Below are positions 25,207-32,000 of a stretch of DNA of 32,000 bases, one piece after another (the first letter of the stretch is position 1; each line of letters begins with the position of its first letter). Under the pieces are notes generated by a model. The model was not told the origin of the DNA. It made no database searches and saw only the letters and a list, made by a program, of their open reading frames with translations. Source of the DNA: Archaeoglobus fulgidus DSM 4304 (GTDB lineage: Archaea > Halobacteriota > Archaeoglobi > Archaeoglobales > Archaeoglobaceae); contig NC_000917.1 in NCBI RefSeq assembly GCF_000008665.1, positions 690,001 through 722,000 on the forward strand, in the 5' to 3' direction. A program made the position numbers and the translations under genes.

Positions 25207-25884
25207 CTAAATATAACCAAAAAGGCACTCAAAAATCTTCTTTTCTACGCTCTTCAATCTTTTTGCCATCGCATTTTTTGAAATCCCGTTAATTTTGGCC
25301 AGATCACCGAGGGTGCATCTCCTCGGATAATCATAGTAGCCGTTAACGTAAGCCTGCTTTATCGTTTTAACCTGAAGGTCTGTGAGTGCCTCCATTGTAT
25401 CAATAAAGTCAGAAAGAAAGTCCATGTTAAATATAACCTTCAAAAAGCTTTTCAGCGTCAACTCCCTGATTCTTGAAATATGCGTTGCGTTGTCCATTTC
25501 AAGCTGTCTCTTTATGTCTCTTTGCGAGATTTCATCAGGTGTGTACACAAACCATTTCTCGACGCCGTTAGCAACCCGCAGTGGGGGAACAACCGTACAA
25601 CCGAGCGATGAAAAATTTCTCCAAGCAGCGGTGGTGAGAATATCGTAAGAAACCCAGATCTCCGACCTTGACTTCATTTTCAGGTTTATGTTAAAAGCTT
25701 TCTCTTTTCGAAGCGTGCTAATCACGTTCTCTTTAAACATATCCCCCAAGAAAATAGCATCAATATGAGTGTAGTCTCCATCTTCTCTTACATTTACCAA
25801 ATTGAGTTCTGCATCCTTTATCTTTTCACTCACAGCAATATTGCTGCAGTCTTCTTGATGCAGTTCAATCATTAACAATTTCAT
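25207..25884 (-). CDS. Transcriptional regulator with a C-terminal HTH_10 (bacterio-opsin activator type) domain
   Basis: 225 aa. The C-terminal 'LTDLQVKTIKQAYVNGYYDYPRRCTLGDLAKINGISKNAMAKRLKSVEKKI' matches the HTH_10 pattern. It is AT-richer than its neighbours and divergent from lctP. Confidence 0.75.
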   Translation of the reverse strand: MKLLMIELHQEDCSNIAVSEKIKDAELNLVNVREDGDYTHIDAIFLGDMFKENVISTLRKEKAFNINLKMKSRSEIWVSYDILTTAAWRNFSSLGCTVVPPLRVANGVEKWFVYTPDEISQRDIKRQLEMDNATHISRIRELTLKSFLKVIFNMDFLSDFIDTMEALTDLQVKTIKQAYVNGYYDYPRRCTLGDLAKINGISKNAMAKRLKSVEKKIFECLFGYI

Positions 25885-25923
25885 TATGATTTATCTTTTT
25901 TGCATCGTTAGATAACCTTTGCT

Positions 25924-25944
25924 GTTCACATGTGAACCCCAAAC
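25924..25944. promoter_or_regulatory. Candidate operator: perfect palindrome GTTCACATGTGAAC plus CCCAAAC (copy 1 of a shared motif)
   Basis: Located in the regulator/lctP divergent intergenic region. It is 17/21 identical to 28610-28630, with an identical 11-nt core TGAACCCCAAA. Confidence 0.55.
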
Positions 25945-25997
25945 TCAATTACCATCTTTGATTAAAATTTTAAAAATTAAAACATGGAGGTGATAGA

Positions 25998-27632
25998 GTG
26001 GATGCAATAGTTGCAGCAACACCGATACTATTGGTGCTTTTTCTGATGGCGGGCCTCAGAATGTCGGCCATGAAAGCTATGCCAATCGGCTGGCTCGTTA
26101 CGGTGATCATTGCCCTTTTCTACTGGAAAATGCCACCGGAATGGATAGCAGCAGCAACAATTAAGGGGACTCTTTCGGCCCTTGACATCCTGCTCGTTGT
26201 TTTCGGAGCGGTTTACCTTTACTACGACGCTAGGCTTAGCGGTGCGACAAGAGCTATAACAAGAGGGATAATGGGACTGTCTGCAGACAGAAGAATACAG
26301 GCAGGAATAGCATTCCTGCTCGTTACGTTCTTCGAAGGAGCTGCTGGGTTCGGAACTCCGGGGGCTATAGTCGGACCTCTGCTCGTGGGTATCGGATTCC
26401 CGCCGGCGATAGCGGCTCCCCTGGTTCTGATTTTCGATTCCTCACCCGTATCTTTTGGAGCTGTGGGAATTCCCGTTTGGGGAGGACTTGGCTCCTCATT
26501 GGACAGTCCGGTAGTTAAAGAAGTTCTGGAATCGTACGGATACACGCTGAAGCAGTTCCTTTACACCGACGTCACCTTCTGGACGGCAACCCTTCATGGC
26601 ATAATGGCGGTCTTCATACCTCTGCTCGGTGCAGTCTTCATGGTCAAGTGGAGCGGAGGAAAGGTTAGCGATGTCAAGGATGCTGCACCCTCACTGCTGC
26701 TAGCTGGACTAAGCTTTGCCATTCCCTACTGGATTCTTGCCGCTTCGCTCGGTCCGGAATTTCCATCGCTTCTCGGTGGGATAATCGGTCTCGTGATATA
26801 CTCCGCTACCCTTAAGGCAGGTTTTGTGCCGAAAACTTCCTGGGATTTCGCCAAAAAGCATGAAGCCGGAGAAGAGTCAGAAAGAATCGAAAAGGAGTTT
26901 TCGATATTGGAAGCCATGGTTCCCTACGTTCTCGTCTCTCTTGGACTCGTTCTAACTAGGACAGTTCCAGCAATAAATCAATTTGTCACAACGAATCTCG
27001 TAATCGGAATCAGCGGTATTCTCGGCACTTCGCTGTCCCACACATACAAACTGCTCTACAATCCCGGAACAATATTCATTATTGCCGTGCTGATCAGCAA
27101 CGCTGTATCGAGACTAAGTCCCAAGCACACGGCAAGAGCTCTAAAGACAACAGCCATAGGAGTTGCCCCTGCAGCGATTGCCCTCGTATTCGCCGTATCA
27201 CTGTCGCAGATTATGATGAACTCTGGAAACAACCTCTCCGGAATGCCGAGCATGCTAAAGGTTATGGCGGTAAGCCTCGCCAACGCCACAGGACTGGGCT
27301 ACATAATGCTCGCAGTCTTTGTCGGAATACTCGGAGCCTACATGTCCGGCAGCAACACCGTCTCGAACATACTGTTTGGAGGGTTCCAGTTTGAAATTGC
27401 AAACGCAACAGGCCTGCCGAAAACCATCATTCTCGCCCTGCAAAACGTGGGTGGAGCGGTGGGGAACATGATTTGTGTCCACAACGTTGTTGCTGTGTGC
27501 ACAACCTGTGGAATCCTCGGCCAAGAGGGAGACGTGATCAGGAAGAACCTCGTGCCGGCAACGATTTACGCAATAGTTGTCAGCGTGGTGGCGGCGATAG
27601 CAGTCTTCATCCTGAAAATACAAATGATTTAA
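25998..27632 (+). CDS. lctP: L-lactate permease (LctP family)
   Basis: 544 aa polytopic protein. The N-terminus and overall pattern are typical of LctP/LldP. GTG start preceded by GGAGGTGA. Confidence 0.85.
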   Translation: MDAIVAATPILLVLFLMAGLRMSAMKAMPIGWLVTVIIALFYWKMPPEWIAAATIKGTLSALDILLVVFGAVYLYYDARLSGATRAITRGIMGLSADRRIQAGIAFLLVTFFEGAAGFGTPGAIVGPLLVGIGFPPAIAAPLVLIFDSSPVSFGAVGIPVWGGLGSSLDSPVVKEVLESYGYTLKQFLYTDVTFWTATLHGIMAVFIPLLGAVFMVKWSGGKVSDVKDAAPSLLLAGLSFAIPYWILAASLGPEFPSLLGGIIGLVIYSATLKAGFVPKTSWDFAKKHEAGEESERIEKEFSILEAMVPYVLVSLGLVLTRTVPAINQFVTTNLVIGISGILGTSLSHTYKLLYNPGTIFIIAVLISNAVSRLSPKHTARALKTTAIGVAPAAIALVFAVSLSQIMMNSGNNLSGMPSMLKVMAVSLANATGLGYIMLAVFVGILGAYMSGSNTVSNILFGGFQFEIANATGLPKTIILALQNVGGAVGNMICVHNVVAVCTTCGILGQEGDVIRKNLVPATIYAIVVSVVAAIAVFILKIQMI

Positions 27633-27637
27633 AAAAA

Positions 27638-28573
27638 TTAAAGCACAACAGCTTCTTTACTTATTTCTTTCACACTTTTCGCTCCCGTGAGCTTCATAAT
27701 CCTCAAAAGCTCATCCCTGATCATGTTTAAAGCAGTCTGAACTCCGTTTTCAATTGCAAGCGCGTAAACCATGAGTCTGCCAAAAAGGACGAAATCGGCT
27801 CCCAGAGCTAAGGCCTTGAACACATCCGAGCCGTACCTGAAGCCGCTGTCAACACCGGTTGGAACCACTTTCTCTAAGTATGGCAGAAGTTCGAGCGGAG
27901 AAATAGCCGAATCGAGCACCCTCCCGCCGTGATTCGAGACGACAATGGCAGAGCTAATGTCGGCGAGTGAGTAGTAATCCCTCTCACTGAGAACCCCCTT
28001 GACGATGAATGGCAACTTCGTCGTGGAGGCGAGGTCAGCAAGCTCCTTCTTGCTCCACACCTTAGTTCCCCCGTAGCTCAGAATTGTCCCCCCAACCTTT
28101 ATTCCCGCTGCAGAGTCAATGTCCATGCCAATTGCCATGGCCTTTGACGATTCTGCCTTCTCAACATCATCGTACACTCTCTTGGTGTTTCTGAGAGGCT
28201 TGATAATCCAGACGAACTCCTTCTCGAATTCCGAAACATCATCCTGAATAGGATGGCCTATCCACGGAACAACCCCCGCCTCCCACGCTTCGCGGATTAT
28301 TCTCTTAAAACAGTTGGCATCCACAGATTTTACCAGCCCTGAAAGCGGGGCCGGCATAACAGGCATGGAAATCTTCCTTCCGAGAAATTCCGTTTCCAAA
28401 GAAGGTTCGAAGTCTGATAGGAGGTTCATTTTTATTCCGATGGAGTCTAAAATCTCTCTGTTTCTCCTTACCGTCAACCCCCTCTCCGTACCCCCCTCTA
28501 AAACCTCTATGTTCACATCCCTTTCCTGAAGTATCTGTCTGGCGCTTTCAACAAGCTCGTCTATCGTTTTCAT
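27638..28573 (-). CDS. lldD: FMN-dependent alpha-hydroxy-acid dehydrogenase (L-lactate dehydrogenase/oxidase type)
   Basis: The ORF track extends to 28738. I prefer the ATG at 28573 ('MKTIDELV'). 'VVSNHGGR' and 'GVDSGFRYGSDVFKALALGADFVLFGR' are family hallmarks. Confidence 0.8.
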   Translation of the reverse strand: MKTIDELVESARQILQERDVNIEVLEGGTERGLTVRRNREILDSIGIKMNLLSDFEPSLETEFLGRKISMPVMPAPLSGLVKSVDANCFKRIIREAWEAGVVPWIGHPIQDDVSEFEKEFVWIIKPLRNTKRVYDDVEKAESSKAMAIGMDIDSAAGIKVGGTILSYGGTKVWSKKELADLASTTKLPFIVKGVLSERDYYSLADISSAIVVSNHGGRVLDSAISPLELLPYLEKVVPTGVDSGFRYGSDVFKALALGADFVLFGRLMVYALAIENGVQTALNMIRDELLRIMKLTGAKSVKEISKEAVVL

Positions 28574-28589
28574 GTTACCAGCACGCTCT

Positions 28590-28606
28590 AAAAAAATATA
28601 AAAGAT
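28590..28606. promoter_or_regulatory. Shared A/T block with TATA boxes for divergent lldD and dld
   Basis: 'AAAAAAATATAAAAGAT' lies between the two start codons (28573 and 28661). Confidence 0.45.
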
Positions 28607-28609
28607 ATG

Positions 28610-28630
28610 GTAAACATATGAACCCCAAAA
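28610..28630. promoter_or_regulatory. Candidate operator, copy 2 of the shared motif (GTAAACATATGAACCCCAAAA)
   Basis: Located in the lldD/dld divergent intergenic region, immediately downstream of the TATA block. See 25924-25944. Confidence 0.5.
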
Positions 28631-28660
28631 CCAAATTGTTTCAATGATCTTTGTAATGTA

Positions 28661-30046
28661 ATGAAGATAACAAAAGAGCTTGAGAAAATCCTTGGTAAGG
28701 GGAACGTCAGCACCGACCCTCTTGTTGTAACGCTCCACTCGACTGATGCTATTGGAAAAGCCGGTAACGCAACTGCGGTAGTTTTTCCGGAAAATACGGA
28801 GCAGGTTGCGAGGATTGCAAAACTCTGCTACGAGAACAACATTAAAATCTACCCTCAGGGAAGCTCAACGGAGTTAAGCGGGTCTTCGGTTCCTGAAGAC
28901 GGGATAGTCATAAACTTCTCAAAAATGAATAAAATCGAGGAGATAAACGTTGTGGATGGCTATGCAGTGGCTCAACCGGGAGTGAGAATTGCGGAGCTGG
29001 AGGAAAGGTTGAACGAACACAGCTACACGTTCCCCGTCGATCCGGGTTCGGTGAGGTCAGCAACAGTTGGCGGAGCGATAAACACCGGAGCGGGAGGGAT
29101 GAGGGGAGCAAAGTATGGAACCATGGTTGACTGGGTTCTGGGACTGGAAGTTGTCACAGCAGATGGAGAAGTTCTCAACATAGGTTCAAGAACGCTCAAG
29201 TGCAGGCAGGGGTACAACCTGACTAAGCTGATTGTGGGAAGCGAGGGGACTCTCGCAATAGTTACAAAGGCAATTCTGAAAATCGCCCCGCTACCGGAAA
29301 ATATAGTCTATGCAGGGGCTTTCTTCGACAGCCCGGAAAAGGCGATGCAGGCCGTTGTGGAAATCAAGCACATGTGGCCGGCAATAATGGAGTTCCTCGA
29401 CAGCGACCTCGTGAAAGCTGGTCGGGAGATTTCTGGAATTGACGAGGAAGGAAACATGCTTGTTGTTGGAATTGAGTGCAATCACGAGGCGAGTGAGAGA
29501 ATCGCAAGCGCTCTGGAAAGCATACTGTCACAGACAGCGAGAAGAGTGATAATAGCAAGAAATCAGAGAGAGCTAGAGGAGAAAAACCTGCTGGCTCTGA
29601 GGAGAGCGTTCTACCCTCTGGCAATCAAATTGGCTTCCAAGGAGTTTGGAACCAAAAAGTCGCTCGTTTTGATTGAGGATATATCCGTTCCGGTCTCAAA
29701 GCTGCCAGAGGCAATCAGAGGGATAAAGGAAATTGCCCGGAAATACGACTTTACAGTTTTCATAGCCGGCCACGTCGGTGACGGAAACCTCCATCCAACG
29801 ATATGGACGTCTCCGGAGGACGAGGAGCTGATGAGCAGGTCACATAAGTTCTACACGGAAGTTATGGAGCTCGCTCTAAGGCTTGGTGGTACGATAAGCG
29901 CTGAGCACGGAATTGGCGTGGTTAAAAAAGAGGGGCTTGAAATGGAAATGAAGTACAAAAAGAGCGAGAAAGCTCTGGAAATAATGAGGGAAATCAAGAA
30001 GCTCTTTGACCCTAAGAACATCCTCAATCCTGGAAAGGTGGTATAG
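28661..30046 (+). CDS. dld: FAD-linked oxidase, GlcD/D-lactate dehydrogenase family
   Basis: 461 aa. FAD-binding PCMH-type N-terminal domain ('VVFPENTEQVARIAKLCYENNIKIYPQGSSTELSG') and C-terminal 'HVGDGNLHP', 'SAEHGIG' and 'DPKNILNPGK'. Confidence 0.85.
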   Translation: MKITKELEKILGKGNVSTDPLVVTLHSTDAIGKAGNATAVVFPENTEQVARIAKLCYENNIKIYPQGSSTELSGSSVPEDGIVINFSKMNKIEEINVVDGYAVAQPGVRIAELEERLNEHSYTFPVDPGSVRSATVGGAINTGAGGMRGAKYGTMVDWVLGLEVVTADGEVLNIGSRTLKCRQGYNLTKLIVGSEGTLAIVTKAILKIAPLPENIVYAGAFFDSPEKAMQAVVEIKHMWPAIMEFLDSDLVKAGREISGIDEEGNMLVVGIECNHEASERIASALESILSQTARRVIIARNQRELEEKNLLALRRAFYPLAIKLASKEFGTKKSLVLIEDISVPVSKLPEAIRGIKEIARKYDFTVFIAGHVGDGNLHPTIWTSPEDEELMSRSHKFYTEVMELALRLGGTISAEHGIGVVKKEGLEMEMKYKKSEKALEIMREIKKLFDPKNILNPGKVV

Positions 30047-30333
30047 TGGAGGTCAAAGAGATTCTTGAGGAGATTTCACGGTGCTCCTTTTGCGGATTTT
30101 GCGAGATGTCCTGCCCCACAAGATTTCTCATTAAAAGAAACTACACGCCGAGAGGGAGAGTTAACACAATTTCCCTTTACCTGAAAGGTCTTGCAACAGA
30201 GGAAAGTGTGAACGGTCTTTTTTCCTGTTTGGGATGCGGAGCTTGTGCTGCATTCTGCCCTGCAGGGATAAACATTCCCGAGGTTATTAGGTCATTCAGA
30301 AAGTATATGTTGAAGCTGTCAGAGGTGAAGTGA
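30046..30333 (+). CDS. Small 2x[4Fe-4S] ferredoxin-domain protein (N-terminal half of an HdrD/GlcF-type subunit)
   Basis: 95 aa. 'CSFCGFCEMSCP' and 'CLGCGACAAFCP'. The GTG start shares 1 nt with the dld stop. Confidence 0.8.
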   Translation: MEVKEILEEISRCSFCGFCEMSCPTRFLIKRNYTPRGRVNTISLYLKGLATEESVNGLFSCLGCGACAAFCPAGINIPEVIRSFRKYMLKLSEVK

Positions 30334-31236
30334 ATGATCAAGCCTGAGTATGTAGTTAAGTTACTTTCGGAAAACATGAAGAAGACAAGAAACCCCCTCG
30401 GAATAAAAAACGAGAAAACCAACAATTGGTGGAAGAAGGTTGAAATCAGCAAGGAAGGGGATTGGCTATTCTTCACCGGGATGCTCTACCAGCTAACGCC
30501 CTATATCGAGGCCACTGTAAAATTCTTAGAGAAGATCGAAAACTCCAGACTTCAGGGACTGCTCACACTCTCCAAAGCATTTCCCGTCCCATTCTCACTG
30601 CTGAAGGCGATTACCCCAAGAGAGGCCAGGGAAGAGGCTGAAACGATTCTGCAAAAAGTTTACTTTTTACTTGCAAAATCGGTTGACGTCTTCTACGCCC
30701 CGCATCTCGACTTTTACAGCGGTATTCTGCTCTACGATTTCGGGCATGACGAAGCTTTTGCAGAACACGCGAAGTTTGTTTGCAAAAGGCTTGAATCCGC
30801 AGGAATTGAAAAGATCGTTACCCCTGACCCCCACACAACCTACGCGCTGAAAGTTCTCTATCCGAAGTTTACGGGAGTGGAGTTTGATGTTAAAAGCTAC
30901 ATTGAGCTGCTGAGCGATGCAAAAAGCCTGTTTAATGAGGAGTTCGTAATTCACGACCCGTGCTACTACGGCCGCTATCTCGAGCTATCGGACAGAGTGA
31001 GAGAAGTTCTCAACTGCGCTGGAGTCAAATACAGAGGCGTCAGGTATTCCGGAAGGCTGACAAACTGCTGCGGAGGTCCTGTGGAGGCTTTATCTCCGAA
31101 AATATCAAGAGAAATAGCGAGGTTAAGGGTGGAGGAGCTTGGAAATTCGCGAATAATAACATTCTGCCCCATCTGCCTTGCAAATCTGAGGAGAGCGGGT
31201 GGTAACGCCGTTGACTTCTCGATGGTGGTGGGATGA
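30334..31236 (+). CDS. CCG-domain (cysteine-rich) Fe-S oxidoreductase subunit, LutA/GlcF-C/HdrD-like
   Basis: 300 aa. A complete CCG motif is present in the C-terminal half ('HDPC...TNCCGG...FCPIC'). The N-terminal half aligns in pattern but lacks the cysteines. Confidence 0.75.
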   Translation: MIKPEYVVKLLSENMKKTRNPLGIKNEKTNNWWKKVEISKEGDWLFFTGMLYQLTPYIEATVKFLEKIENSRLQGLLTLSKAFPVPFSLLKAITPREAREEAETILQKVYFLLAKSVDVFYAPHLDFYSGILLYDFGHDEAFAEHAKFVCKRLESAGIEKIVTPDPHTTYALKVLYPKFTGVEFDVKSYIELLSDAKSLFNEEFVIHDPCYYGRYLELSDRVREVLNCAGVKYRGVRYSGRLTNCCGGPVEALSPKISREIARLRVEELGNSRIITFCPICLANLRRAGGNAVDFSMVVG

Positions 31237-31604
31237 AGATTGTAGAAGCTCTGAAGGCGAACGGAGTGGAGGTTATTATTACCGAGAAAGCTGATGTTCT
31301 GATAAAGAATTTTGAGAATGCTCACATAAGCTATGCGTTGAGTGCGGATGAAAAGACAGGAGTCATCTTTTTTGGAGGCTTCGAGGAAAAGATGAAGGCC
31401 GGACTTGCCGAGCACCATGTTGCGATTCTGAAGGAGGAGGACGTGAAAGAAAACATACTGCTGGCCTACGAACACGCTCGAAGAAAATCCGACGTTCTTT
31501 TTGCCTCAAGCAGTGCCTCAAAGACTGCGGACATTGAAGGAAAGACCGTCTTCGGCATGCACGGGCCGAGAAAGTTCACGGTAGTGCTGGTGGTGAGAAA
31601 GTGA
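31233..31604 (+). CDS. lutC: LUD-domain protein, LutC-like lactate utilisation protein (short form)
   Basis: 123 aa. The C-terminal 'SSSASKTADIEGKTVFGMHGPRKFTVVLV' matches the LutC/LUD signature. ATGA overlap with the upstream gene. Confidence 0.7.
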   Translation: MKIVEALKANGVEVIITEKADVLIKNFENAHISYALSADEKTGVIFFGGFEEKMKAGLAEHHVAILKEEDVKENILLAYEHARRKSDVLFASSSASKTADIEGKTVFGMHGPRKFTVVLVVRK

Positions 31605-32000
31605 ACATCTACGATGCTTTGCGGAGAAAATCCATAAAGGAGGGAATACTCAGGTCTCTAAGAAATCTGAGTGAGAACGTCAGAAGAAACGTCGAAAACC
31701 ACCCCTACCTTATCGACTTTGCCGAAGATGTGAAAAGCGCAAAACTGAAAGTTGCCGAGAACTACGATTTCTGGATCGATAAGGCCAAAGATGTGCTTGA
31801 GTCACGCGGAGTTAACGTTTACTATGCAGAGAGTGCTGAAGAAGCAAGGAAAATAGCGGGCAAAGTTGTTGGTGAGGGAAAGCTCGTCGTCAAGGCGAAG
31901 TCGATGGTTTCGGAGGAAATTCACCTGAGAGAGTGGCTGGAGAAGATCGGAAACGAGGTCTGGGAGACCGACTTAGGAGAGCTGATAGTTCAGGTTGCAG
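31601..32000 (+). CDS. lutB: LutB-like lactate utilisation Fe-S protein, N-terminal part (3' end outside the window)
   Basis: Not in the ORF track; translated by hand. GTG at 31601 (GTGA overlap with the lutC stop), open to base 32000. '...VVKAKSMVSEEIHLREWLEKIGNEVWETDLGELIVQ' is the LutB/YkgF N-terminal pattern. Confidence 0.7.
   Translation, partial: MNIYDALRRKSIKEGILRSLRNLSENVRRNVENHPYLIDFAEDVKSAKLKVAENYDFWIDKAKDVLESRGVNVYYAESAEEARKIAGKVVGEGKLVVKAKSMVSEEIHLREWLEKIGNEVWETDLGELIVQVA

Noticed and set aside
24390-25997. Possible integrated element at tRNA-His, with an att-type direct repeat of the tRNA 3' end
   Set aside because: Scanning by eye, I found no copy of the tRNA-His 3' segment (GGTTCGAATCCCGGTCCGGGCC) downstream and no integrase or transposase gene. 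Only the weaker 'accessory remnant' interpretation is kept in the findings. A computational repeat search would be needed to be sure.
30975-31475. 166-codon minus-strand ORF across the CCG/lutC junction
   Set aside because: It is antisense to two motif-supported genes and has no recognisable features.
1-32000. CRISPR arrays, IS elements, prophage genes or known defence systems
   Set aside because: On reading both strands I saw no regularly spaced direct repeats and no transposase, integrase, Cas or restriction-modification signatures. The only repeats seen are the 9-mer tandem, the 9-bp inverted repeat and the shared lactate-promoter motif reported above.

Overview
This is a compact, gene-dense archaeal chromosomal window. 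About 44 genes are present, and many are joined by ATGA or TAATG stop/start overlaps. TATA-box promoters and GGAGGTGA-type ribosome-binding sites are visible. Gene content and protein sequences fit an Archaeoglobus-like sulfate-reducing euryarchaeon, but that assignment is an inference, not a database hit.

Content from left to right:
- An AT-rich island edge: a UbiA-type prenyltransferase fragment and the 3' part of a FIST-like gene.
- A KaiC-like ATPase / Roadblock / FIST-like operon.
- tyrS, aIF-1A and an uncharacterised GGGGD-motif protein.
- An RPA gene plus an RPA-associated gene.
- Sua5.
- sepF with a ZPR1-type zinc-finger gene.
- tatA.
- corA with a DUF389-like gene.
- tRNA-Ser(UGA).
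- Several membrane transporters (DUF1646-like, EamA, PiT).
- DUF72, a Yip1-like protein and an AbrB-PhoU regulator.
- A second KaiC-like ATPase with an HTH partner.
- F420 genes cofG and cofH.
- A candidate C/D box sRNA.
- A metallophosphoesterase and lysA.
- Ribosomal protein S15.
- tRNA-His(GUG) followed by a small DUF2283-containing two-gene cassette.
- A lactate-utilisation supercluster: HTH_10 regulator, lctP, lldD, dld/glcD, a split Fe-S/CCG protein, lutC and a partial lutB.

The most interesting observations:
1. Two uncharacterised KaiC-like ATPase modules. One is translationally coupled to Roadblock and a frame-broken, compositionally chimeric FIST-like gene.
2. A textbook-looking C/D box sRNA at 21209-21264 that the ORF track cannot show.
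3. A roughly 21-nt motif shared by the two divergent promoter regions of the lactate cluster. It includes a perfect 14-bp palindrome.
4. A split HdrD/GlcF-like protein whose first CCG domain has lost its cysteines.

I saw no CRISPR array, transposase, integrase or recognisable defence system.
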